Shown here piece by piece: positions 1-8,691 of a DNA stretch of 64,000 nucleotides (positions are counted from its first letter, which is position 1; the number at the start of each line of letters is the position of its first letter). The notes beneath the pieces are model-generated. The model was not told the DNA's origin. It worked only from the letters and a program-made list of their open reading frames with translations, and did no database searches. The stretch is from Bacteroidota bacterium (GTDB lineage Bacteria; Bacteroidota; Bacteroidia; Chitinophagales; CAMDFR01): assembly GCA_037130135.1 (NCBI GenBank), contig JBAXTO010000003.1, positions 36,090 through 100,089 on the forward strand. The letters run 5' to 3'. Both the position numbers and the translations under genes were made by a program.

Positions 1-3000
1 GTGTAGATACATTGATATTGGCTAAATCTGCCATTTTTAATGCTACGTTGGCTAATGTAGCAGTACCCCCATTTTCAGCCAAACCATTGGTACGAAGCTC
101 ATTAAACCATACTTCTACACATTTAGCGGTTCCATCATCTTCTACATCTCTCGGATTAAATGGTGCATTTTGAGCTGGATTTTTTACCCCTAACATAACG
201 GTTGCCGACATCCCTAAATCTGGATTCCCAACGATGGTTAATATATGACCTTTGCTATCAATAGTTGAGTAAGGAACTGTTAAAGGAACTCCTTTCAAGT
301 TACGCTCTTGTTTTAATTTGATGAATGCATCTAAATCTAAATCGATATTATTTTCTTCTGGCCAAACTTTTAAACGATCAGCTTCAATATCGTTTTTATA
401 AGTACCCGGAGGTGTTAAAGTTAAAGGCACTTCATACTGATAATAATTACTATTATAATCTGAACCAATACGTAAGAAACTTGTGATATCTCCATTCACT
501 GCAGTTGGACTAGCCTCTTCAGCATGGATATACATTTTTAATGTTTTATAATTTCTTAAATCTAAATTTAAATTTTTAAATAATGCTCTAGCATCGCCAT
601 CTTGTAAACCACATGCTTTCACAGAGATTGCTTGCTCATTTAATTGCACATTGGTATTGGCATTTTGACCAGGACCTTGTTCTCTATATATACCTGGAGG
701 AATCACATAATTAACAGGTGATTTTTCTGAGTTCTCTTCGATATTTACAGAGGTTTGGAAGAAGGTTGTAGGTTTATCAGGATCAGTAGGAATCACATCC
801 CCAGGACGTTTTAAATCTCCATTATATACTCTCCATTGATTACGTATTAGTTCTAATTTAGCCAAACGCATTACGATAGGTTTTTCAAAATTAGTTAAGT
901 ACATACGCATCGTTTGTATAGATCTAAAATCGGAAATATCTCCAATTTTATCTTCAAACTCTCTTATTGGAATTCTGAATTGATACCAAGTGTATGGATC
1001 TAGTGGAATGTTTTGACCATTAAATGTAACTGTTGATGCAGGATTATCCACTTTAGAAACGATATATTTATTATTCGATTCATTCATTCCAGGGAATATT
1101 GGAATTCTATATTGATAATACTCTTCATTTTCATTTAATGAATTATCTCTATTTAAATCTTCTATATCTGGAATATTCGTTGCTGCATTGGAGAACCTTT
1201 CACTCTCATTTACAATGGGAGAGTTACCTTGCGGATTATTATAGTTTAAATAGTGATCGATTATTTTTGCACTCGTAGCATCATAGGTTTCATCTCTATA
1301 ATATTTATAATCATCATTAGCGGGATCTAATGCTAGTTGATCTACTAAAGCAGTATTACTAGTTACTGTTGTACGTAAATCATTTATGAAATTAGCATAT
1401 CTTATTTTTTCTAAATCATCGGTTAAACCATCATAGCCCACATCCTGACAAGCACGTATGGCTGGGTCATTATTAAATGAATTTACTATTGGAGCTACAC
1501 GAGGCACTTGTCCCATAGTAGTTTGATCATTTTTAGTGACATCACAATCTAATCCATTTTCATAATTCATTCTACTATCGTGTAAAATATCTTCAGATAT
1601 TGTACCTAAATTAATATATAAATCACCTTGTCTGTTAACTCCTCTATCATATATAAATGGATCTAACATCCAAAATTCGATATATTCTACATTGGTTTGT
1701 TCAAAATCTGTATTATCGATATTACGCATAATACCCGCCCATCTTGATTTTGGATTATTTAAATAGCCTGAATCATCGATACCTGAAGAGTAGGTAGTAG
1801 CAAACGGTTTCGAATCAAAATTATAAGGACCACGTTGACGAGGATCCAATTTCAAATCTAAAGTAGGTAATACATTTTGAAACGAACCATTCAATGATTT
1901 ATTTGGATAAACTTCTGTTTGTTGAATTTGACGTGTATAATGATCGATATAATCTGCTGGATTATCTTTTACATAGGATGGCAAGAATTGTGAATTTTCT
2001 TGCATAAATGAAGGATCGATGGTATACCAACTTAACTTAGCTCTATTAAAGTTGCTAGTACTATCATAGTTATTTGCTTCAGGAAAAAGAATTGTTCCAC
2101 TTGCATTAACTGCATTACGAGGAGTACTTGCTAACTTCCAGTTTTGAGCTGGTAAACGAATATCGAAACCACTATTTGTTCCTTCAAAATCATCTAAATA
2201 AATAACTCCATCTTTTCCAATCAATTTAGAGTGACCCGGTTGTAATCGAGCTACCTCACCATTGAATGTAAAAGTACTCATGTCTTTTGTTGAATAAATA
2301 GGTAATTTATCAAGTCCTTTAGTTAACCAAGGTAAATCAGTATTGTATTTAATATCAGCGCCAAAGATTGTATTACGTGTAGGATCTTCACCAATATTTA
2401 CTTTTTGAGTAAATGGTCGTTCACTTAAATGCATAATTGTAGCACCTATATTTAATTTTTCACTTACTCTATAATCCATTCGTGTTCCATAAAGAGCTTT
2501 TGTTTGGAAACCAAATAAAGCATTATTTTCAAAATCAATTTTCACTTGATTCCCTGATTTAATAATTGCTTCATTAATGATTTTTACTCTTCCTAAACTA
2601 TAATCAACCGTATAATCCACTCCTTCGGTTAGTTTTATACCTCCAGCAGTAACTGTTACAGAACCTTGTGGCAAATTAAATGCTCCTAATTGTATATCAC
2701 CACCTGCTGATGATTTATAAGAACCTTTAATCACAAATCGATTTAATTCAGGAAATTGTTGTGCGATGGTTTGAGTAGAATCATATAGCTGATTGTATAC
2801 ATAAGAGGGAGCAATTGCCCCATCACCATATTGATCAAATTTAGCTTGTAAATTATTTCCAAATGGCTCTAAACATGGAAACATAATTCTACCACTGCTT
2901 GGTTTGATTGTTAAATCAGGAATAAAATCAAATACTCCATCGGGTTGAGGATCGGTTTGATTATTCGTATTATCTAAATTCAATAAGCGAATTAATTGTT

Positions 3001-4630
3001 TGCCTTTAATATTTCCTTCTGGTAAATAACGTTTCAAGCCATTCCCTGGATCATTATAATATACATCTAAGAAAAAATCTTCATTACTGATTTGGTATCC
3101 ACCAATCGAGTATATATTTTTCATCATCAAATTCCATATAGGTAATTGAGGACGAGCACTTGTACTCTTCAACATTTTTAGATAAAGTACTTTACTTACA
3201 TCATTTGAATCGCCTACGATTTGTGTAGAGAACTCCCCTACTTGATGTCTCACTCCATTGTAGGTATATTCATAGGCAACCGCTAATACTTCATTCGGGT
3301 TTAAGGTTTGATTTAACGAGATAAATCCTAAAGCTGCATCGAATGTAAAATCGCTAGGTGCTAATTTACGTGCATATATTTTTTCATAATCTTGTATCGG
3401 TTGTAGATTTAAATCATTTTGTAAAAATGGAATTACATTATCGATACCTCTTCTATCATCTGAAATACTAGGTGATCCACCGGTTAATTGTTGGTATAAA
3501 TCATTAGAATAATTATCAGGCAATGGATTGGTAGCAATGCTATGTACATTCGTTGAATACGGAGTTACTTCCCCTAAATCGGCTAATGCTACTACATCAC
3601 GCACATTTACGGTAGCACCATTTCTATTAGTTACCCATACCTCCACTCTATTAATTTGCAGCACAGAATTAATATTTGGAATAGTGCTTAAAGCGAAATC
3701 GAAATTGCTTCTGAATTTTTGTGATAAGAAATAGTGGCGATTCAAATCATATTTATCTGCAGCAATTTCAAACTTTTGAAGTTGAACACCATTATCTAAA
3801 GTGATACTTTCTTTTTTAGATTTTTGTTGCGACATTAAGGCTGAAACAGTAAAACGGCCAAAACGTAATTTGGTTTTAAAACCAAAAAGTGCTTGAGCTC
3901 CTGTAATCAATTGAGTATTTAAAGGTAAACTAACAGTACCTGCTGCTAATTCTTGAACGATGTCATCTTCTTCTCCCACATAATTCAACTTAATAAGATT
4001 ATTAAAATCATTATTAAAACTGAATCCCCCTTGCGTATTATAATTTAAATTTAATTGTAGTTTATTACCAATTTTCCCTAATACGTTTAGATTGATATTC
4101 ATATCAAAATCAAATCCGCCTGTTTTTTGAGTACGTTGAGGAAGGGTTGGATTGGCAATCTTAGTGCTATTGCCCCCTAAGGTTAATTCGATATTCCCAG
4201 AAGGTCTAATATCTACAGTTAATCCACCAAATAATCGATCTAAGGTTTTATTTTTGGTATTAATTGGTGCAACGATTCCTTTTCGTTCAACGAGTTCTGT
4301 TCCACTATTACGCCCTCTTACAAATTCATTTTTTTGTTGTTGCTCAATATATTTAGCATACTCTTCATAGGTTAAATATTGGGGGGGTCTAACACTAAAT
4401 CCGCCTACGGTTTCTCGAACAATATACATTTTGGTTTCAGGATCATACTCAACTGTTTTCACCACATTGGATGGATCATCCAAATCAATTGAGTTATTTA
4501 CGGGGTCAGTTATATAATCACCGTTTCTATCTTTTATGGGATATTTTAAGGAATCGGTAGCCATAGCCTGCGCCTGAGAAGCATATAGACAAACGAGCAA
4601 GAAAGTAAAAAGAAACGTACTAATTCTCAT
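1..4630 (-). CDS. sprA: T9SS translocon / gliding-motility protein SprA (Sov family); N-terminal ~1540 codons, 3' end runs off the window
   Basis: The minus-strand frame is uninterrupted from the ATG at 4630 to the window edge. The start reads MRISTFLFTFLLVCLYASQAQA, which looks like a signal peptide. There is an in-frame alternative ATG at 4696. I hand-translated both ends (MRISTF...ATDSLKYPIKDRNGDY at the 5' end; ...TLANVALKMADLANINVST at position 2). It is absent from the ORF track only because it has no stop in the window. A very large secreted protein immediately downstream of ruvA matches the conserved ruvA-sprA arrangement of Bacteroidota. The call rests on size and context, not on a catalytic motif. 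Confidence 0.72.
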   Translation of the reverse strand, partial: MRISTFLFTFLLVCLYASQAQAMATDSLKYPIKDRNGDYITDPVNNSIDLDDPSNVVKTVEYDPETKMYIVRETVGGFSVRPPQYLTYEEYAKYIEQQQKNEFVRGRNSGTELVERKGIVAPINTKNKTLDRLFGGLTVDIRPSGNIELTLGGNSTKIANPTLPQRTQKTGGFDFDMNINLNVLGKIGNKLQLNLNYNTQGGFSFNNDFNNLIKLNYVGEEDDIVQELAAGTVSLPLNTQLITGAQALFGFKTKLRFGRFTVSALMSQQKSKKESITLDNGVQLQKFEIAADKYDLNRHYFLSQKFRSNFDFALSTIPNINSVLQINRVEVWVTNRNGATVNVRDVVALADLGEVTPYSTNVHSIATNPLPDNYSNDLYQQLTGGSPSISDDRRGIDNVIPFLQNDLNLQPIQDYEKIYARKLAPSDFTFDAALGFISLNQTLNPNEVLAVAYEYTYNGVRHQVGEFSTQIVGDSNDVSKVLYLKMLKSTSARPQLPIWNLMMKNIYSIGGYQISNEDFFLDVYYNDPGNGLKRYLPEGNIKGKQLIRLLNLDNTNNQTDPQPDGVFDFIPDLTIKPSSGRIMFPCLEPFGNNLQAKFDQYGDGAIAPSYVYNQLYDSTQTIAQQFPELNRFVIKGSYKSSAGGDIQLGAFNLPQGSVTVTAGGIKLTEGVDYTVDYSLGRVKIINEAIIKSGNQVKIDFENNALFGFQTKALYGTRMDYRVSEKLNIGATIMHLSERPFTQKVNIGEDPTRNTIFGADIKYNTDLPWLTKGLDKLPIYSTKDMSTFTFNGEVARLQPGHSKLIGKDGVIYLDDFEGTNSGFDIRLPAQNWKLASTPRNAVNASGTILFPEANNYDSTSNFNRAKLSWYTIDPSFMQENSQFLPSYVKDNPADYIDHYTRQIQQTEVYPNKSLNGSFQNVLPTLDLKLDPRQRGPYNFDSKPFATTYSSGIDDSGYLNNPKSRWAGIMRNIDNTDFEQTNVEYIEFWMLDPFIYDRGVNRQGDLYINLGTISEDILHDSRMNYENGLDCDVTKNDQTTMGQVPRVAPIVNSFNNDPAIRACQDVGYDGLTDDLEKIRYANFINDLRTTVTSNTALVDQLALDPANDDYKYYRDETYDATSAKIIDHYLNYNNPQGNSPIVNESERFSNAATNIPDIEDLNRDNSLNENEEYYQYRIPIFPGMNESNNKYIVSKVDNPASTVTFNGQNIPLDPYTWYQFRIPIREFEDKIGDISDFRSIQTMRMYLTNFEKPIVMRLAKLELIRNQWRVYNGDLKRPGDVIPTDPDKPTTFFQTSVNIEENSEKSPVNYVIPPGIYREQGPGQNANTNVQLNEQAISVKACGLQDGDARALFKNLNLDLRNYKTLKMYIHAEEASPTAVNGDITSFLRIGSDYNSNYYQYEVPLTLTPPGTYKNDIEADRLKVWPEENNIDLDLDAFIKLKQERNLKGVPLTVPYSTIDSKGHILTIVGNPDLGMSATVMLGVKNPAQNAPFNPRDVEDDGTAKCVEVWFNELRTNGLAENGGTATLANVALKMADLANINVST

Positions 4631-4718
4631 ATAAGTAGCTAAGGTCCATTGGTTAGTTAATGTAATTGTATATAAACGCATATTATTCATTCTCATTGCC
4701 TTTTATCTAAATAATTGA

Positions 4719-5321
4719 TTACAATGATTTTAAAGTTAATTTTATCATTTCCTCCACCCCTAAATCTTGTTTATTCCCAATTATTTTACCTAATGCTTTT
4801 TCAGCCATAGGCTTAGCGATTCCAAGAGCAATAAGTGCTTGCAGTGCTTCATCTTGTTTGCCCATATGTTGTTGCACCGCACCCATTGACGAATCGGTAC
4901 TGCTAGTGCCACTAATTTTATCTTTCAATTCAAGAATTGCTCGTTGTGCTGTTTTAGGGCCAATACCTTTTATACTTTGAATCAAAGCTACATTTCCTTG
5001 TAATATAGCTCGTTCAATTTCACTTGGATTAAGTGATGATAGCATCATCCGAGCGGTATTCACTCCAATCCCTGATACAGAAGTCAATTTTAAAAATATT
5101 TCTCTTTCTGCTTCTTCATAAAAACCGAATAATTCTAAACCCGAAACATTCGAACCTTCATTCTTTACATGTAAGTAGGTGAACAATTTACACTGTTTCT
5201 GGGTTTGAATGCTAGAATAGGTATATAAACTAATATGTAAGCCATATCCAATACCATTTGTTTCTATAACCACAAGTGCAGGATTAATCATTACAATCTC
5301 TCCTTTTATAAAATACATCAT
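4719..5321 (-). CDS. ruvA: Holliday junction branch migration protein RuvA
   Basis: 200 aa. The N-terminal OB-fold signature is YFIKGEIV...VVIETNGIGYGLHISLYTY. It is followed by HhH motifs (GIGVNTA, GIGPKTAQRI) and a C-terminal domain III. Confidence 0.9.
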   Translation of the reverse strand: MMYFIKGEIVMINPALVVIETNGIGYGLHISLYTYSSIQTQKQCKLFTYLHVKNEGSNVSGLELFGFYEEAEREIFLKLTSVSGIGVNTARMMLSSLNPSEIERAILQGNVALIQSIKGIGPKTAQRAILELKDKISGTSSTDSSMGAVQQHMGKQDEALQALIALGIAKPMAEKALGKIIGNKQDLGVEEMIKLTLKSL

Positions 5322-5428
5322 ATTTTTTTAAATCCTTTGGGCTTTATTAATGAATGCAAAAAGAGCGCTAAAATACTAAAATATTAGCTAAAAATACAGC
5401 CTAAAATGTAAGTCTTAAAAAAACATCC

Positions 5429-5746
5429 TTATTTGAGTTTAGCTACTTCTTTTTTATTATCTGTAAAATAGATAATTTCGTCGGCTTCTCCTTTAAATTT
5501 GGTGAGATAAATACACATAGAAGCCTCTGCTTTCCAATCAGTTACAAACCAAATTCCTTCTTGAATGGTAGCTTGTGAGATATCTTCAGTCTTATATACA
5601 ATGGATGTGGCCTCCACTTTATTGTTGGTTATATAGATGCATTTAGACGCTTCGCTTTTATCTTCAGCAATATATACTACTTGTGCAGCTAGTTGAAAAC
5701 GAACTAATACAATACTAATAAAAATAAATAAAACCTTGTGATTCAC
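5429..5746 (-). CDS. Small secreted hypothetical protein with four internal K-x-EA-x(3)-IY-x-T repeats
   Basis: Signal-like N-terminus MNHKVLFIFISIVLVRFQLAAQ. The repeats are DKSEASKCIYITNN, NKVEATSIVYKTED, WKAEASMCIYLTKF and FKGEADEIIYFTDN. Confidence 0.5.
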   Translation of the reverse strand: MNHKVLFIFISIVLVRFQLAAQVVYIAEDKSEASKCIYITNNKVEATSIVYKTEDISQATIQEGIWFVTDWKAEASMCIYLTKFKGEADEIIYFTDNKKEVAKLK

Positions 5747-5764
5747 ATCACTAAATTAGAAGTA

Positions 5765-6127
5765 TTATTTTATATAACCAAATGAGGATTTTAAATTTTT
5801 GCCTAACCAGGTAGACAAAGCCCCTAGAATACCCCCAATTAATGCCGTTAGTATAAGTAATATCCACTTAGAAGGTAATTTAAATAAATGTGTTATTCGA
5901 GTTGATAATAGTGAATCATTTTGAAAATCTTTAAATAACATTAAGATGATCCAAGCACAAAACACACTTGCAAAACCCAATAAAAAAGCTTTTGTTGTTT
6001 TGGATGAAAACACAAAAGAAAAAAAGATTAACAAAAGTATAAATGCAAACCAAATAGGCACTAATATTGACAAAAGCAATACCGATAGAGTATAAATAAC
6101 AAATAATAATTTATTCGAAAATAGCAT
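5765..6127 (-). CDS. Hypothetical integral membrane protein (about 4 TM helices)
   Basis: 120 aa, dominated by hydrophobic stretches. It is tightly packed between neighbouring genes on the same strand. Confidence 0.45.
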   Translation of the reverse strand: MLFSNKLLFVIYTLSVLLLSILVPIWFAFILLLIFFSFVFSSKTTKAFLLGFASVFCAWIILMLFKDFQNDSLLSTRITHLFKLPSKWILLILTALIGGILGALSTWLGKNLKSSFGYIK

Positions 6128-6130
6128 AAT

Positions 6131-8566
6131 TTAAGGTTTTAATTCTAGAATAGATGAAGCATGTTTTTTCATATCATTTAATAGTGCCGAATGATAGATT
6201 TCATAATATTTCCCTTGCGACCAATCGGACACAAAATTATCATAGTATTTACTACCCGGATTGCCGCTTTGTCCGCCTGGATATATAGCTACAGCATGAA
6301 TATCATCTGTCATTTCTACAATCATTCTCCAACTCGGACCATGATATTTGGAGATTGCATTAACGATGCTTTTATTTCCACCACTTGCTACATAATCGAT
6401 AGAGAACGCTGGAATTTTAGCTAAATGTTCGATGGATGTATGTTTGTAGGTAGTCCAATCTTGCTCTGGCATAGACGCTATTTTAGCACTGGCATAGGTA
6501 AAACTTAATGCAATCAAATCGTTTAACGACTCTACTTTTTCAGTCTTTTTAATATCATAAAAAATAGAAGCTTGATCTGCACTTATAAAATGTAAGGTGG
6601 TAATTTTTTCAGGAAATCGAACTGGATATTTCGTATGCATAAACTCATCCCACATTATTTTTTCAAGTGTATCTTCCCATATTTCGTAGTATACTGCAGC
6701 CTTACTATCTGCTTCATTATAAAATTTCCAAGCACTTAATTGTTCTATGATAGCTTGTTGTTTAGCATTTACATGCGATTTATCTAATTTATTTAACATC
6801 GCAGGTAGGCATTCACTTGCCATCCAATTAAAATTATCTAATTGTAAATGCTCTACATCTTGCAATTGAATATTCGACATACGAGTCAATTCTGTATTGA
6901 TTCTTCTATTTCTAAAATATTCAAATACTCCTGTATAATAATATGGATAGGTGGTATCAGTCGGATGTTGATTGGCACTACTCACAAAACCTCTAGTTGG
7001 ATTCACCATATGTGGATTATCTTCAAAAGGAATATAACTTTTCCAATCATTCGAGGTTAAGCTTCCATCTTGAATAAACACGCCTTGGTCTTTGCGTTGA
7101 ATTGGAAACTTACCTTGTTGTTGTATGGCAATATCTCCATCCTTACAAGCAAAAACAAAGTTTTGTGCGGGGCAAGAATAATGTGAAATCGCTTCAAAAT
7201 AATCTTGTATGTTTTTTGACTTATTCAATTTGTAAAAAGTCAACATTTCTTCGCTCAGATCATGTGCTGTCCAACGCAATGCTAAATTCATCGCTTGTTT
7301 TTCACTAAAATTTCTATCGTATACCACTGGACCATGATGTGTATATACAATGGTATCATAGAAATCAGCTTCTCCTTTTATTATAAATTGTTCTACTATC
7401 TTATGTGTTTTTTTATAGGTGCCATTTACTAAATATTCATTCATAGTAGCATCTTTAAAAGTAATTTTATACCAATCACGAATATCTCTTCCTGCATTGG
7501 TTACTCCCCAAGCAATATGATCATTAAATCCACTGATTACTCCCGGTGCTCCTGGAAGGCTTGCCCCTGAAGCATTGTAGCTAGGACATGACAACTGTAT
7601 TTGAAACCAAATACTCGGTAAACTCAAACGTAAATGTGGATCATTCGCTAAAATTGGTTTCCCACTTTTGGTTTTTGCACCAGCAATTGCCCAATTATTT
7701 GAACCTAGCATATAATCATCTTCTTCTCTATCTATAGGGTTTTCTATAGACTGAATAGGATTTGAATTTGTAGAAAACAACGTATCTGCCGTATTCGTAA
7801 TAGTATTATTTATATGTTTTTGAAAAGAAGTTCCTTTCGAAACGATTGGATCTTGCTCGTCCCACCAATCTCTATAGATTAAATTAAAATCTGTTTTACC
7901 GAGCATATTCAACGCATTGGTATGTTCGATATCATATTCTAAAGCAGTTAAATTTTCAGCCATTGCTTTTAATAATAAAGCTGTTTTTAAATTCGTCCAA
8001 TCTTTAGGTTGATAATTTAAAAGTTTATATTCTACTGGATAGCTAGCCGCATTTAAGGAATGAATATATTGATTAATTCCATCTGTATAGGCCGCTAATA
8101 ATTTTTTAGCTTCTGGATTATTTTCAATAGCTGCTAAAGTTTGTTCAGCTCCATATTTCATTCCTGTACGTCTTTTTAATCGATCAAAATCTAAGGTTTT
8201 AGGTCCTAATATTTCACTCACTCTACCACAAGCAGCGCGTGTTTGAATTTCCATTTGCCACAATCTAAATCGAGCCGTTACATACCCTTGAGCACAATAT
8301 AAATCTTCTTCGTTGGCTGCATATATATGCGGAATCATATGCTCATCGTATATTACTGTAACTGGAGCATGAAGTCCTTTTAATTGAATACTTTCATTTT
8401 TTATGATATCATTATTCTCTGCATTTTTCCAAAACCCAGTGATAGGATTTAGAAATTTTCCTAGTGGTGGAATATTGGCCTTATCTGTTTTGATAGTATA
8501 ACTATTCAAAAAATAGAGACCTATTAGTAATAAAAACAAGGAAAGAATAGTACGAAAATGATTCAT
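6131..8566 (-). CDS. Penicillin acylase family (Ntn hydrolase, peptidase S45) protein; possibly an N-acyl-homoserine-lactone / beta-lactam acylase
   Basis: 811 aa with a signal peptide. The autoprocessing/nucleophile motif is ...DYMLGSNNWAIAGAKT. Its size and alpha-spacer-beta layout are typical of the PGA/PvdQ/AhlM family. Confidence 0.8.
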   Translation of the reverse strand: MNHFRTILSLFLLLIGLYFLNSYTIKTDKANIPPLGKFLNPITGFWKNAENNDIIKNESIQLKGLHAPVTVIYDEHMIPHIYAANEEDLYCAQGYVTARFRLWQMEIQTRAACGRVSEILGPKTLDFDRLKRRTGMKYGAEQTLAAIENNPEAKKLLAAYTDGINQYIHSLNAASYPVEYKLLNYQPKDWTNLKTALLLKAMAENLTALEYDIEHTNALNMLGKTDFNLIYRDWWDEQDPIVSKGTSFQKHINNTITNTADTLFSTNSNPIQSIENPIDREEDDYMLGSNNWAIAGAKTKSGKPILANDPHLRLSLPSIWFQIQLSCPSYNASGASLPGAPGVISGFNDHIAWGVTNAGRDIRDWYKITFKDATMNEYLVNGTYKKTHKIVEQFIIKGEADFYDTIVYTHHGPVVYDRNFSEKQAMNLALRWTAHDLSEEMLTFYKLNKSKNIQDYFEAISHYSCPAQNFVFACKDGDIAIQQQGKFPIQRKDQGVFIQDGSLTSNDWKSYIPFEDNPHMVNPTRGFVSSANQHPTDTTYPYYYTGVFEYFRNRRINTELTRMSNIQLQDVEHLQLDNFNWMASECLPAMLNKLDKSHVNAKQQAIIEQLSAWKFYNEADSKAAVYYEIWEDTLEKIMWDEFMHTKYPVRFPEKITTLHFISADQASIFYDIKKTEKVESLNDLIALSFTYASAKIASMPEQDWTTYKHTSIEHLAKIPAFSIDYVASGGNKSIVNAISKYHGPSWRMIVEMTDDIHAVAIYPGGQSGNPGSKYYDNFVSDWSQGKYYEIYHSALLNDMKKHASSILELKP

Positions 8567-8631
8567 AGAAGATATTTTTCGAGAATAAATATACTATGAA
8601 TATTCCTATAAATAAAAAAATCATCTAGCAT

Positions 8632-8667
8632 AAAAAAAGCTACTAATACAAATTAGTAGCTTTTTTA
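8632..8667 (-). terminator. Intrinsic terminator after the CotH-family gene (usable in both directions)
   Basis: Perfect 10-bp stem AGCTACTAAT / ATTAGTAGCT (8638-8661) with a 4-nt loop. It is flanked by an A6 run on one side and a T6 run on the other. Confidence 0.75.
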
Positions 8668-8691
8668 TAATTATATTTTTATCTCAAATGA

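Noticed and set aside
3528-4370. Plus-strand ORFs 3528..3734 and 4152..4370
   Set aside because: They lie entirely antisense within the long uninterrupted sprA frame. They are short and low-complexity, with no promoter box or motif.
6191-7308. Plus-strand ORFs 6191..6424, 6848..7060 and 7102..7308. The same class includes 13860..14984, 15847..16050, 16677..16871, 19344..19565, 24119..24442, 24719..25383, 32892..33101, 37255..37524, 46308..47222, 50487..51536, 52963..53157 and 57360..59218.
   Set aside because: All are antisense shadows inside well-supported longer genes. This is expected in AT-rich DNA with few stops on the opposite strand. None has recognisable motifs.
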